DNA of 63,894 bases, counting the filler, from Trichomonas gallinae (lineage: Eukaryota): the NCBI GenBank assembly GCA_008369845.1. It is 4 parts of 4 records of this genome, joined end to end, with 100 filler letters (N's around TTAATTAATTAA, not from the genome) between each part and the next. Parts side by side here need not be neighbours in the genome. Positions count along the whole stretch, not along the records: positions 49,885 to 63,894 come from MRSU01000190.1; 3 more parts are not named here. One strand, given 5' to 3'. Of this stretch, positions 54,034 to 63,894 are shown piece by piece. Position 1 is the first letter of the stretch. The number at the start of each line of letters is the position of its first letter. Made by a program: the position numbers and the translations under genes. Below the pieces are notes generated by a model. The model searched no databases, was not told the DNA's origin, and saw only the letters and a list, made by a program, of their open reading frames with translations.

Positions 54034-55899
54034 ATGGGGGATGTTGATCTTATAATTAAAGGAAATGAAGCTGCTTTTGAAAAACAATACGCGAAAGCAG
54101 TTTCGTTATATGAAATTTTCCTTTTACAAAATCCTGGTCACCCTCAAACGAATGTTGTCATAGAAAATACGAAATATTCGATGCAAAAATTGTCAGAGCA
54201 AAACAAGAAAAAGAAAAAATTCCAATTTTCATCTAAAGAATCGCGAAAAGTTAATAGTTCTTTGAAAGGCTTGTGCATTGCTACTGAAGCAATCGAAGAA
54301 AATCCGAATAGTGCCGAAAATTTCGCAGCAAGAGGTAAAATATTCGAGCAAATTGATTTATTTAGGAATGCAGCAAACGATTACCAGCGGGCGCAAAGGC
54401 AAAATACAACTAAATTAGAATATATGAAAAATTTATCGATAGCAGCACTAAAATGTAACGAATTAGAATCATCAATGGCAGCAGCGAGAATAGCAGTATC
54501 AGGAGGTGTCTGCTGTTTTGCACCTCAGGCTCAGCTTATGTGGAGTGCTCACAGATACGAAGAAGCGATTCGACTTCTTGACGCAGCAGTCATCAACAAT
54601 GAAGAAGGTAGCCTCCTTATAAGAGGAAAAATCAACTTTGCTTGCGGAAGAATCGATGAAGCTTATAACGACTTTGTTGAATGTGGGGCTCCACAGTATT
54701 ACATTGATACATGCAACTTCTTAAACTCAGAATTCGCGTTTCCAATCATACAACAACACGATTCACGTGAATGTTTTTGCTTAACAGAATTAATTCGAGC
54801 TTTGGTTAAATATGATTCATCAATAACAACGGCTCCTTTATCTTTATCTATACCTGTATCTATACAAACGATGTGGTGCTCACCAAATCCTTCATCTATA
54901 GATTTAAATTTAGCAATTTTAAATTCTTCGCCAGATAACTCACAGAACTACATTGGAACACATAAGAATAATCCAAAGGCATTTGTTGTTGCCCGCCTTT
55001 GTATTCCAATCGGTAAAATAATTTTAGCCCATACTCCAAGTGACCGACAAGCCTCCGCCCTTGGTTTAGCATGTGTCGAAGTTCGCCAGATGTTACAAAA
55101 AACAATTACAGAAGGAATTAATTACTCGTTATCATCAGTTGTTTCATGTATTTGCAATTATATTCGATTATATGATCCACTGACGCCTCTTTTCTGGCGA
55201 AATCTAGTACCAAGTGCTGTTCAGCCAGCATTTTTGCAAAGAAACGGCTTACATACAGAAATGGTGATGATTTATCTTCGAGTACTTACAGAATTAAAGA
55301 ATTGTTTAGGAATTAAGGATGACAAACTTAACAGTGCTCAGAGCTCCGAAGAAGTATGGAAAATTCTTAAATCTGATATATGTGTCAAATGCCAAACGTC
55401 AGACGCCGAGATTTTCCTTCGCAAAACGAACAAAGGCGTGATGGAATTCGGCTTCGTTGTTCCAAACAACCCAGAACACTGGGAAAACTCAATGACCAAA
55501 GTTCATCTCGCCTGGACGTCAGCGTGCCTCAGTCTTGGCCGCAAAGAGAGCAAGATGGATGCAGTAAAGTACGCTTTCAAGTTCATGTACGAATGGATGC
55601 GCGCTTGGCCGCTTACATCAGAAAGTCACACAGTTGGTGCAATTTTGTTCTATTCGCTGTTTAATTCGGCCTGCAATGCAAAATTTACGGAGTCTTTGCC
55701 ATCCCCGATAATGCTGCAAACTGAAGCTCTTTTAACCGGAACGTTCAAAGAATATTTCGAACTCGTGTGTCGCCACTTTAAATCGAATCTAAAGATCGGA
55801 TCACTATCGGATGATATTCCGGACATTGCCGAAATCCTCCCCTCATTCCTATCTAGATTGAGAGCTGTAAAAAGTGCCGCAAAAATTCTGAGCGATTAA
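54034..55899 (+). CDS. TPR-repeat protein, TTC13-like C-terminus
   Basis: N-terminal TPRs (KGNEAAFEKQYAKAVSLY; RGKINFACGRIDEAYNDF) and C-terminal YEWMRAWPLT...VG...EALL. ATG at 54034. Confidence 0.8.
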   Translation: MGDVDLIIKGNEAAFEKQYAKAVSLYEIFLLQNPGHPQTNVVIENTKYSMQKLSEQNKKKKKFQFSSKESRKVNSSLKGLCIATEAIEENPNSAENFAARGKIFEQIDLFRNAANDYQRAQRQNTTKLEYMKNLSIAALKCNELESSMAAARIAVSGGVCCFAPQAQLMWSAHRYEEAIRLLDAAVINNEEGSLLIRGKINFACGRIDEAYNDFVECGAPQYYIDTCNFLNSEFAFPIIQQHDSRECFCLTELIRALVKYDSSITTAPLSLSIPVSIQTMWCSPNPSSIDLNLAILNSSPDNSQNYIGTHKNNPKAFVVARLCIPIGKIILAHTPSDRQASALGLACVEVRQMLQKTITEGINYSLSSVVSCICNYIRLYDPLTPLFWRNLVPSAVQPAFLQRNGLHTEMVMIYLRVLTELKNCLGIKDDKLNSAQSSEEVWKILKSDICVKCQTSDAEIFLRKTNKGVMEFGFVVPNNPEHWENSMTKVHLAWTSACLSLGRKESKMDAVKYAFKFMYEWMRAWPLTSESHTVGAILFYSLFNSACNAKFTESLPSPIMLQTEALLTGTFKEYFELVCRHFKSNLKIGSLSDDIPDIAEILPSFLSRLRAVKSAAKILSD

Positions 55900-56490
55900 A
55901 AGTGACACTCGTTCAAAATTTCTTAAATTTCAAAAGTGCCAGTCAATTGAAAAGTGCCGATCATTCAAAAAATTCTTAATTGGTTAAAAGTGACGCATGA
56001 TTGAATTAAAGTCACCTAAATAACTATTAACAAATTTCCCTATCATGAACCAGGATTCGATATTTGATAATTAACTCCCAAAATAGTATCATGGTGCATG
56101 ACCATTCAAAAGATTAATTCTTGAAATTTAGCAAATTGTTCAGCTTGTTTTGTTATGTTTTAACAATTTGCGAATCGTTATAACCTTGAATTTTGAGTTT
56201 TGCATTACAAAGTAAGATTTTCAACTCAAAATTCAATGATTCTGAATAGATTAAAAGTGACGCTTGATTGATCTCAAGTCAACTAAAGAGCCATGAGCCC
56301 ATTCAAATTACCACTAACCATTTTGAGGAGGCAGTGTCATCATGAACCAGTTATTGACCCTTGAATTTGTCACTTAATTCTTAAATGTTTAAAAGTGACA
56401 ATCGTTTAGAAAAGTGATAATTAATTCAAAAATTCAGAATAGTTTAAAAGTGGCAATAGATTGAAAAGTGACGCGGGATTAGAAAGTGAC
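55870..56490 (+). promoter_or_regulatory. Cluster of 11 AAAGTG(A/C/G)(C/T) motifs with duplicated blocks and a 14-bp inverted repeat
   Basis: Copies at ~55870, 55898, 55932, 55950, 55986, 56253, 56391, 56410, 56446, 56464 and 56483. Inverted repeat at 56186-99 and 56223-36. Confidence 0.65.
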
Positions 56491-56522
56491 AAAACGAGAA
56501 AAAAAAACAATTTTATATTTTA

Positions 56523-57383
56523 ATGATCGAGATTTTTAAGGATCGCATGTCTAAGAGCGGTATATCGCTGCACGATGCCATAATTAGGAATGTCAAGAAT
56601 GGATTACGCGTTGGAACATCCGAATTCCTGTTTCAGGAACAAAAAGAACAAAAATTATGCGATTTATCAAAGATTGACGTTATTTCCCATTTTTACAATC
56701 CCAAGAAATACATAGGTCCGCCACCTCCACCAATGAAACGTGATACTGACCCACTTTCACCTCCATACAACGAACTCGTTAATGTCATTCATTTGACAGG
56801 AGGCCCAGCGCACTATATAATCCCTAACAAAGACCTCGTTAAGTTCGGCCATATCGTTATTTCTTCCGATAACCCAAAGGATGCTCAAGGTGAGCCTCTT
56901 GATGACAGAGACTTCGCCTGTTTGTCTGATATCTTCTCAGAATTCGACGAAAAAGGCATCGCATACTATAATTCCGGCATTGAGAGTGGTTGTTCTCAAT
57001 TACACAAACATTTTCAATATATTCCTTATGACGATCATCCAATTGTCGATGCAATCCTTCAAGGAAGAAAGATTCCGTTCCAAGTCTACAAAAGGCAGAT
57101 GAATTGGTTCAATTTCGAGACAATTAAAAAAGCTTATACGGAATTATACGATGAAGCCTATAACGGAAGGTATGGAAAACAGATGAAGGCATACAACTTC
57201 GTTCTGACTAAGAAATTGGCTTTGTTTGTCCCCAGATCGCGCGCTAGATCATCTTTCCAATTTGTAATTAACAGCTTAGGTATTTGCGGCCACTTGTTCC
57301 TCTGGGAAACAAGCGATGAAAGAATTTTACAATACCCAATGAGTACAATCTCTGAAGTTTGTTATCCACCAATTACAAATTAA
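56523..57383 (+). CDS. Ap4A phosphorylase / ATP adenylyltransferase (Apa1/2-like, HIT superfamily)
   Basis: DPLSPP, PNK....GH, Q..PL...DF, YYNSGIESGCSQLHKHFQ, YN.......VPRS and INSLG.CG. Confidence 0.88.
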   Translation: MIEIFKDRMSKSGISLHDAIIRNVKNGLRVGTSEFLFQEQKEQKLCDLSKIDVISHFYNPKKYIGPPPPPMKRDTDPLSPPYNELVNVIHLTGGPAHYIIPNKDLVKFGHIVISSDNPKDAQGEPLDDRDFACLSDIFSEFDEKGIAYYNSGIESGCSQLHKHFQYIPYDDHPIVDAILQGRKIPFQVYKRQMNWFNFETIKKAYTELYDEAYNGRYGKQMKAYNFVLTKKLALFVPRSRARSSFQFVINSLGICGHLFLWETSDERILQYPMSTISEVCYPPITN

Positions 57384-57599
57384 CTCAATTTATCACTCTT
57401 ATATTACTTAAATACTATCGCTTTTTGTGTGTACAAAAATAACCATGTTATTACTTACATTATTTTTATATAACAAAATATAAGCAAAAAAATGAACCAA
57501 ATAGCTCTGAATCGATACTATTACAATCCATTAACAGATTTCGGTCGTCAAAAATTGATGTTTACTAAAAAATATCAAACAAAAATACATAATATAGGA

Positions 57600-58991
57600 T
57601 TAGTCCTGTTGCTGCTGCTTGAATATATTCAAAACAGCTTCAACATGACGAGTAAATAGCTGATCTTCACTATCCAATAAACTTTCAAATGTTTGAATAA
57701 GATCTGGATAATTTTGCAACGTGTATTTAATGCACTCTGGTGAGCTATGATATATTCTATGGATTGCAATAATAAGCTTGACAATAATTTCAGAATTATC
57801 AAAAATTAAGCATTCATCAATTCTTTGGAGGAAAACATTGTCCATGAACATCTGTTGCACGAAATCAAGTGGTAAAAAGTAGATAATATTAGCAAATGTT
57901 GAAATCCAATGAATTTGATCAATAACTTTCAATGATTCGAAAATCATGAAGAACATTGGTATAATTGATGAATAATGAGTTGTTCGAACAAAATATTGAT
58001 TGCTCACTGCAAATCCTAATAGAATAATTGCTTCTGAACAGGTGATTTCATTTTTAGGATCCAAATGTTTAACAATGACATGTGCTATAGTTGCATAAAC
58101 GCTGCTGTCGCATTGTATTGATCTTTGGGAAAGAATAAATTCAAAAATTACAAAAGCAGCAAAATTGACTTTTTGTGCACCAATATCATTTCTTAAGCAT
58201 GTTCTTGTGGCTAAATATTTTATCCTTGAAAGGAATGATTCTTGTTTTGTTTGTTGAATATAATCATTATTTAAATAAAAACACAAAGCAATTCCATGAA
58301 GCGAAGGAATTATGCAGTCATCTGTAGTTCTCTCTGAAAATGTCATAAATATTGTAAAAATCTTGTTAAATTGATTTGGATTACATAATTTAACGAATCG
58401 TATTGCAAGATCGATGCAAACACCTAATTTTTCGTTGATATGAATGGTTGGAGATGTTAAATAATCAATAAAATGATCAAAGAAAATATTGTAGAAAATT
58501 TCGAGATCCGATTCGACAGCATCAACTAAATGTAGTATGAGTGTAGCAATCATCGAAGCATAATCGTGATTCAGTTGTGGATAATGCGAAAAATTGATAC
58601 TTTGAACAAATTTTGTAGTTGATATAATTATTGCTTTGGATTTGGAGAATGAAATATGACTGAGTAGAGATATAATCATCTCATTGTTTGGTAAATAAGA
58701 AGTTTTTGGTATTTTTTCAACTATTTCCTTGACAATTTCATCAGGAATGTAAACAGGCTTCATATTCTGAACAATTTCATTAACATCGTAAATATCGGTC
58801 GATTTCATCAGCATTGATGATATAGAATCGAGTATTTGTCTAAGATTGTTGATATCTTCGATTGGAACTTCATCTATTGACTCTTCTTCTTCGCAAAATG
58901 CTTTAATATGAAGTTCATCTTCCAGTTTTTCTTTTATTCTTTCATAAAAAGGATCATTCGATGGCTGCTTATAACTAATTTCATCATCCAT
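57600..58991 (-). CDS. ARM/HEAT-like helical repeat protein
   Basis: ATG at 58991 (MDDEISYK...). Composition and C-terminus (DLIQTFESLLDSED) resemble the 28443-29720 gene. Confidence 0.75.
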   Translation of the reverse strand: MDDEISYKQPSNDPFYERIKEKLEDELHIKAFCEEEESIDEVPIEDINNLRQILDSISSMLMKSTDIYDVNEIVQNMKPVYIPDEIVKEIVEKIPKTSYLPNNEMIISLLSHISFSKSKAIIISTTKFVQSINFSHYPQLNHDYASMIATLILHLVDAVESDLEIFYNIFFDHFIDYLTSPTIHINEKLGVCIDLAIRFVKLCNPNQFNKIFTIFMTFSERTTDDCIIPSLHGIALCFYLNNDYIQQTKQESFLSRIKYLATRTCLRNDIGAQKVNFAAFVIFEFILSQRSIQCDSSVYATIAHVIVKHLDPKNEITCSEAIILLGFAVSNQYFVRTTHYSSIIPMFFMIFESLKVIDQIHWISTFANIIYFLPLDFVQQMFMDNVFLQRIDECLIFDNSEIIVKLIIAIHRIYHSSPECIKYTLQNYPDLIQTFESLLDSEDQLFTRHVEAVLNIFKQQQQD

Positions 58992-59410
58992 CAATAAATT
59001 TGATGTCAAATTGTTTGTATTGATCCATATTTATTAGTGTGATACTTAAATAGTCAATCAATCAGTTAAAAAATCTTCTAAAATTGTTTTCTCGAATTTT
59101 GAAAAATTGGACAATCAAAAAGATTTCATGCCTTGGGATATTTAAAGTAAATGTATTTTCAAGCGTTTTTATCGATTTAATTTTTAGTTTGAATTTCATG
59201 ATTTTCCAAAAACGAACAAAATATTATAAATTTTGCAAATTAAAAATCATGTTTCTTTAATATTTCATTTTTTTCAAATCATCAAAATTCTACTTTAGAG
59301 AGAAGGGGTTGTGGATATTGACCATAATACTTTACTAAATCATGATATTAAGATTTTTATATGAAAAATATTTGAAAATTACGTAAAATACAAACAATTT
59401 ATTTATGATA

Positions 59411-60694
59411 TTAGTCGTAATCAGGGTCTCCGATCTTTTGCTTAAGTTGTTCCGTTCTAATCTTTGATTCATTATATTCTTGCTGTTCAAGTAAACGATT
59501 TTTGTCTCTAATTTCATCAAGCATGTATTGTGTCTGTAAGACATCTTCCTTGTTCTTTCTTGCGTTCGAAATAACGCGATCGAGTGCTTGCTGCAATTGG
59601 TTGAAATCTGGGATTCTCATTGTAAGGGCTTGCAATTTCTGCTCACTTTCAGCGATTTGGAAGTTAATATTACTAGTTTCTTCAATAATTCTTTGTAGAT
59701 TATCTTCCAACTGTTTAGTTTTAGCTTTTTGAACTTCGAGGGCAGATTGGCTGCGCTTCTTTTCGTTTTTAAGTAAATGTCGTAGTCTGTCATTTTCTCT
59801 TTCCGCATCAAGAAGTTCGTGAGTTTTAAGATTTGCCATATACGAGTCGTTTTTGCGATGAATTAAGTCAAGTTGCTCTTTGGCACGATCCAAATCGGCC
59901 ATTAAACAGCTCTGATCGAATGAAATCTTTTGAAATTCTTGCTGAATTTTTTCTTTTTGTTCAAGAAGCTGCTGATGGTATTCTTTCTTCTTTTCCAGCT
60001 CTCTATTCTTTTCTATCATCTTTTTGACTTTGATTGTGTTCTCCTTCACGTTCTTTTCATGTTGTGCTTTGAGATCTGCGAAATTCTGGAATTTTTGTTG
60101 CAATTTTTGATCGTAAGCCTGCTGATTTTCTTCTCGAATTGTTTGATGCCTATCAACAGCATCTTGCTGCATTATGACAGTGCGGTGTAGAATAGTTTTT
60201 TGGCCAATAACCATTTTGACCATTTTCAATTGATGTCTATTTTCTCGAAGAGCATCGGCAAGAGCTTTCTTTTCGAGTTCTAAAAGATTCAATGCTCCTT
60301 GAATCTTCTGGTCTTGCTCAAACTTTTGCCTTTTTAATTCGATTTCGAATTTTTGTGAGTATTTCATATGTGTAGTAAGAAGAGCTGAGATCCTTTCCTT
60401 TATAATACCAACATATTCTTTTGGAGTACGAAGAGGAATTTCAGCTTCGGGATCAATGTCGAAAAAATTAATTTTTTTCTGTTTGCGAAAGTTATATATC
60501 ATATCTCGCATTAGAATTTGCAGTTCATCAAGTTTTGAAGCTTCTTTTTCGAGATTTGTTATTTGCTGTTTTTTATCCATAACGATTCTCCTCATTCTAT
60601 CACCCTCAGATTTGAGTGTAAGAATATCGTCCTGATTTGGCGTGCCTCTCCGGCTTTGGCGACTCCCAAGTCTGGAATTTTGTCGTGAAAGCAT
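59411..60694 (-). CDS. Coiled-coil protein
   Basis: 427-aa Q/E/K-rich heptad ORF. Confidence 0.82.
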   Translation of the reverse strand: MLSRQNSRLGSRQSRRGTPNQDDILTLKSEGDRMRRIVMDKKQQITNLEKEASKLDELQILMRDMIYNFRKQKKINFFDIDPEAEIPLRTPKEYVGIIKERISALLTTHMKYSQKFEIELKRQKFEQDQKIQGALNLLELEKKALADALRENRHQLKMVKMVIGQKTILHRTVIMQQDAVDRHQTIREENQQAYDQKLQQKFQNFADLKAQHEKNVKENTIKVKKMIEKNRELEKKKEYHQQLLEQKEKIQQEFQKISFDQSCLMADLDRAKEQLDLIHRKNDSYMANLKTHELLDAERENDRLRHLLKNEKKRSQSALEVQKAKTKQLEDNLQRIIEETSNINFQIAESEQKLQALTMRIPDFNQLQQALDRVISNARKNKEDVLQTQYMLDEIRDKNRLLEQQEYNESKIRTEQLKQKIGDPDYD

Positions 60695-60723
60695 AAAATT
60701 TTGAAAAATTCGTTTTTTTTTTC

Positions 60724-60825
60724 TTTACATGACATAATTTTCATTTTTTAATTTACATGTCATAATTCTAATTTCTACTTTACATGACAGAATTCTCATT
60801 TTTAAATTTACATGACATAATTCTA
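60724..60825. promoter_or_regulatory. Four tandem TTTACATGWCA units (~28-bp period) in a divergent promoter
   Basis: Starts at 60724, 60752, 60779 and 60807. Confidence 0.65.
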
Positions 60826-60868
60826 TCTTTTGATTTGCTTCTTTTGTGAAATCATAACAATATTGTCA

Positions 60869-60927
60869 GGAAAAAGGGCAAACGCGTGAAAAATAGGCAA
60901 ATGCTGCCATAGAAGCTTAATCCTCAA
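60869..60927 (+). repeat. Dispersed ~60-bp repeat, copy 2
   Basis: Matches 15735-15798. Confidence 0.7.
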
Positions 60928-60975
60928 TATTTAAGTTAGTCAAAAATTTTATAATTTTTTGACAATAATCCTAAA

Positions 60976-63585
60976 ATGAGTGACAATATTGAGGATAAGT
61001 ACATTGTACCGAGATATCCTATCCAAAATAGGGCCAACGAGATCATAGAGAAAATAGTTGGAACAAAGCCAGGAGCAGAAGAAAAAGTAAATTCCACAGA
61101 AGACGAGAAATCGAAGCCTAATGAAGAAAACAGTGAGATGTCTGACAAAGATGTCTTTAAGATATTTGAATTTATGCTGCTTCAACCAGTGAAGATTATT
61201 CTTTCTCAGATTAAAGATCATAAATTGGCAGTAAAAATCATCCAATTCTTAAACAGATGCATCAATTGCACGAAGACTTTAGTTTTTGATATTAATCCCA
61301 GCGAAATTTCACCTGATCTCTTAAATGAAATAAAGGAATCCACTTTCTTCGATACAATCGAAATAGCAAATGAATCACCAGATTTAGATCAATATTTACC
61401 AACAAATAACGTCAATCACATTATAATCAACAGTAATTGCATCAATCTTCTCGAAAAAGTTAGAGTAAAGTTCCCACGAATAACTTACTTCAAAAACGAA
61501 GATGGAATAATCGAAATAACGCTTTTCAGAAATAATATCGAAAGATTCGTTTATGATGCATCAAAGATCGATATCTCTTCTTTGCCAAAATACGAGAGAT
61601 ATACCAAATATATTAAATTTGAAAATCTTGAAAGCAAAAATCAATTTCCTTTGCTTAATAGCTTGAAACAGAAGACACTTCGATGCAGCTATGTAACCAT
61701 CGATGTGAGCAATATGAATGTAAATGGAGAAGACAAAACCACGACTAAGCCAGATTCCGAAAAAAATTACACAATTACTGGTTTTATTTTCGATGGAAAT
61801 CAGTTATCGGATGACATATTCGATTTCTTGATGAATTTGGAAGTTTTGATCAAAATTTCCTTCAACTATTGCAAAATATATCCAAATTTCATTATAAAAT
61901 TCGAAAAATTGTTGAAAAAACAAGGCAAACAACTTATGCACATCGATATAAATGGATTAGAACTGAATGAAGAAGAATACCTCCAAGTTATTAATATCAT
62001 CGATCAATATTGTCCATATGTTGCACGTTTGTATATTGCAAATGATAAAATGAACAGCAAATCTGAAGAAAAAGTCCTTGAAATCGTTAAAAATCGAACA
62101 AAAGAACTAAGTTTAGATGTTTTTTCAAAATATTTCACGCCACAGAAGTATTTCGACTTTATTATAAAGATAAATCTACTTAGCTATAGCTTGCAGATCA
62201 AATGGCACAAAGAAATGGTTAAATATATCTATGATTCATTGATTTCAGATATTCCAGATCTTAAGACTCTTTTCTATTACAGTTATTATATAAATGAGCT
62301 CGCAAGATTTAAGCCTTTGTATGACAGAAGCGATGAAAATTGGCTTGATATATCATATAAATTTTTAAATCAAGATGAAATCAAGCATCCCTTGGAAAAA
62401 CAAAAGCACATCAAACTCAATGAAATCCAGTACTGCCAGGCTGTTGTGTTTCTCGGCGAAGGATCATTTGGCAAGTGTTATATAACGAAATACATCGAAG
62501 GTCTCGAAAGTCAATACATTGTTGTTAAAATTGCTAAAGATTTATCAATTCATGCATCATCATCAAACGAAAGAATACCGACAGGTGTACCAGGAATTCA
62601 ACAAATCAGTGTCCAAAGCACAAACACTCATGACGACGACGAAGAAGAACAAGAAGAAGTCTACAATACATGGGCACAATATCTTAAAGCCAATTCACTC
62701 TGTGTTAAAGTTAGATCATTCCCTGACTGTTCATTTCAATGCATGGACTATATTCCAGGGCCGAGTCTCAACCTTGCTTCCCAAATTGACTTTTATCCAA
62801 AGGATCCTTTCACACTATGCTTGGCGGAATTTCGAACAATGGCATCATTAATGAGCATGTTCGTCACGTTCGAAGAAACACATCTCATTCATCCTGACAT
62901 ATCATTTAATAACATCATCCTCGATAGCGAATTTTACGCACACATCTGCGATTTCGATGACTTGGATCCATCGTTAACTGACCGTCCGCACACACATGGT
63001 TTCTACAATCCTGATCCAAAGCCTGGCTACAATCCATACGTTTACCCACTCGGAGCGAATGTTTACACAATGATCACACGCGAGCCACACAATAATAACC
63101 AAAATACTGAAGAACCTTGGTGCCATAATTACAAATATTCTGATGAAAATTACACTAACCCAAGATATGAGGGACTAAAGCCAAATTACAGGAAGACACT
63201 GATGAAAGAAATTGTTTATAAAATGTGTTTTGAGAAAAGGAACGAAATAAAGCATATCAGTGAAATTATCAAGACACTCAAAGACATCGCGTATAATTTG
63301 AAGCCAAAAGATATTGCTGAAAATGCCACTGATGCTCAAATCGAAGAGTTGAAAGAAGATATTAACACTGCTTTCATTAAATGCTACAATGAGGTCCTCG
63401 AAAGGAACCAGCCGAGATCTAAATGGTATTACGGAACTGATGCGGAAGTAAAGAAGCTGATCAGTTATGCAAATTATTATATAAAAGACTCTGAAGAGCA
63501 CAAAGAAAATTATCATGTGAAATCGGAGAAAGATAGAAGTGCTTTCATTAAAATCATCAAAGCGCTAGAAAACTCCTTAAAATAG
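60976..63585 (+). CDS. LRR(RNI)-like plus divergent protein kinase domain protein
   Basis: LRR-like segments (FIFDGNQLSD, ISFNYCKI, LYIANDKM), then LGEGSFG, VVK, HPDISFNN and CDFD. Confidence 0.8.
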   Translation: MSDNIEDKYIVPRYPIQNRANEIIEKIVGTKPGAEEKVNSTEDEKSKPNEENSEMSDKDVFKIFEFMLLQPVKIILSQIKDHKLAVKIIQFLNRCINCTKTLVFDINPSEISPDLLNEIKESTFFDTIEIANESPDLDQYLPTNNVNHIIINSNCINLLEKVRVKFPRITYFKNEDGIIEITLFRNNIERFVYDASKIDISSLPKYERYTKYIKFENLESKNQFPLLNSLKQKTLRCSYVTIDVSNMNVNGEDKTTTKPDSEKNYTITGFIFDGNQLSDDIFDFLMNLEVLIKISFNYCKIYPNFIIKFEKLLKKQGKQLMHIDINGLELNEEEYLQVINIIDQYCPYVARLYIANDKMNSKSEEKVLEIVKNRTKELSLDVFSKYFTPQKYFDFIIKINLLSYSLQIKWHKEMVKYIYDSLISDIPDLKTLFYYSYYINELARFKPLYDRSDENWLDISYKFLNQDEIKHPLEKQKHIKLNEIQYCQAVVFLGEGSFGKCYITKYIEGLESQYIVVKIAKDLSIHASSSNERIPTGVPGIQQISVQSTNTHDDDEEEQEEVYNTWAQYLKANSLCVKVRSFPDCSFQCMDYIPGPSLNLASQIDFYPKDPFTLCLAEFRTMASLMSMFVTFEETHLIHPDISFNNIILDSEFYAHICDFDDLDPSLTDRPHTHGFYNPDPKPGYNPYVYPLGANVYTMITREPHNNNQNTEEPWCHNYKYSDENYTNPRYEGLKPNYRKTLMKEIVYKMCFEKRNEIKHISEIIKTLKDIAYNLKPKDIAENATDAQIEELKEDINTAFIKCYNEVLERNQPRSKWYYGTDAEVKKLISYANYYIKDSEEHKENYHVKSEKDRSAFIKIIKALENSLK

Positions 63586-63816
63586 AATCAGAAATAAGGG
63601 TAGTCCACTTCTTCTAGTATAATTAGAGTATGATTTTGCGAAATAAAAGTAATATATATATTTTTCTTTATGATCAATTTCAATATTCATTATTTACACA
63701 CATTTTATTCGGTTAAATAATGCCCTTATATTCAGACAGTATAATATATGTTTATCCTACAAATAATTCCAGTTCTAATATATATTTCTATATAAAATAT
63801 ATCACAGCATTGTCAA

Positions 63817-63888
63817 GGTTCCATAGTGTAATGGCTATCACTGGGGACTCTGAATCCCTAAATCCAGGTTCGATTCCTGGTGGAACCA
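63817..63888 (+). tRNA. tRNA-Gln (CTG)
   Basis: Acceptor GGTTCCA/TGGAACC, anticodon loop CTCTGAA, T arm CCAGG-TTCGATT-CCTGG. Confidence 0.95.
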
Positions 63889-63894
63889 AAATTT

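Overview
This is AT-rich, gene-dense, apparently intron-less eukaryotic DNA. It most resembles a parabasalid (Trichomonas-like), an assignment inferred from the R2R3-Myb, ankyrin, BTB-F5/8C and metacaspase genes and the TCAYT initiator-like and AAAGTGAC promoter motifs. Four contigs are joined by artificial 100-nt linkers (N44-TTAATTAATTAA-N44), so adjacency across the gaps is unproven. The window holds about 30 protein genes, three tRNAs (Glu-CTC, Thr-AGT, Gln-CTG), a 258-bp TTAA-flanked Kolobok-like MITE and several degenerate tandem arrays. The most striking unexplained signal is a family of related cis-motifs sharing a TG(A/T)CA core. Form A, TTTACRYGWCAAA, occurs in pairs or tandem arrays upstream of about 12 loci. 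Form B, TGACAYTTTACA, forms a 13-unit array with ~23-bp phasing. AAAAGTGAC forms an 11-copy cluster. Several genes carry single-base lesions near their 5' ends, most simply explained as homopolymer sequencing errors. I found no CRISPR array and no prokaryotic-type system.
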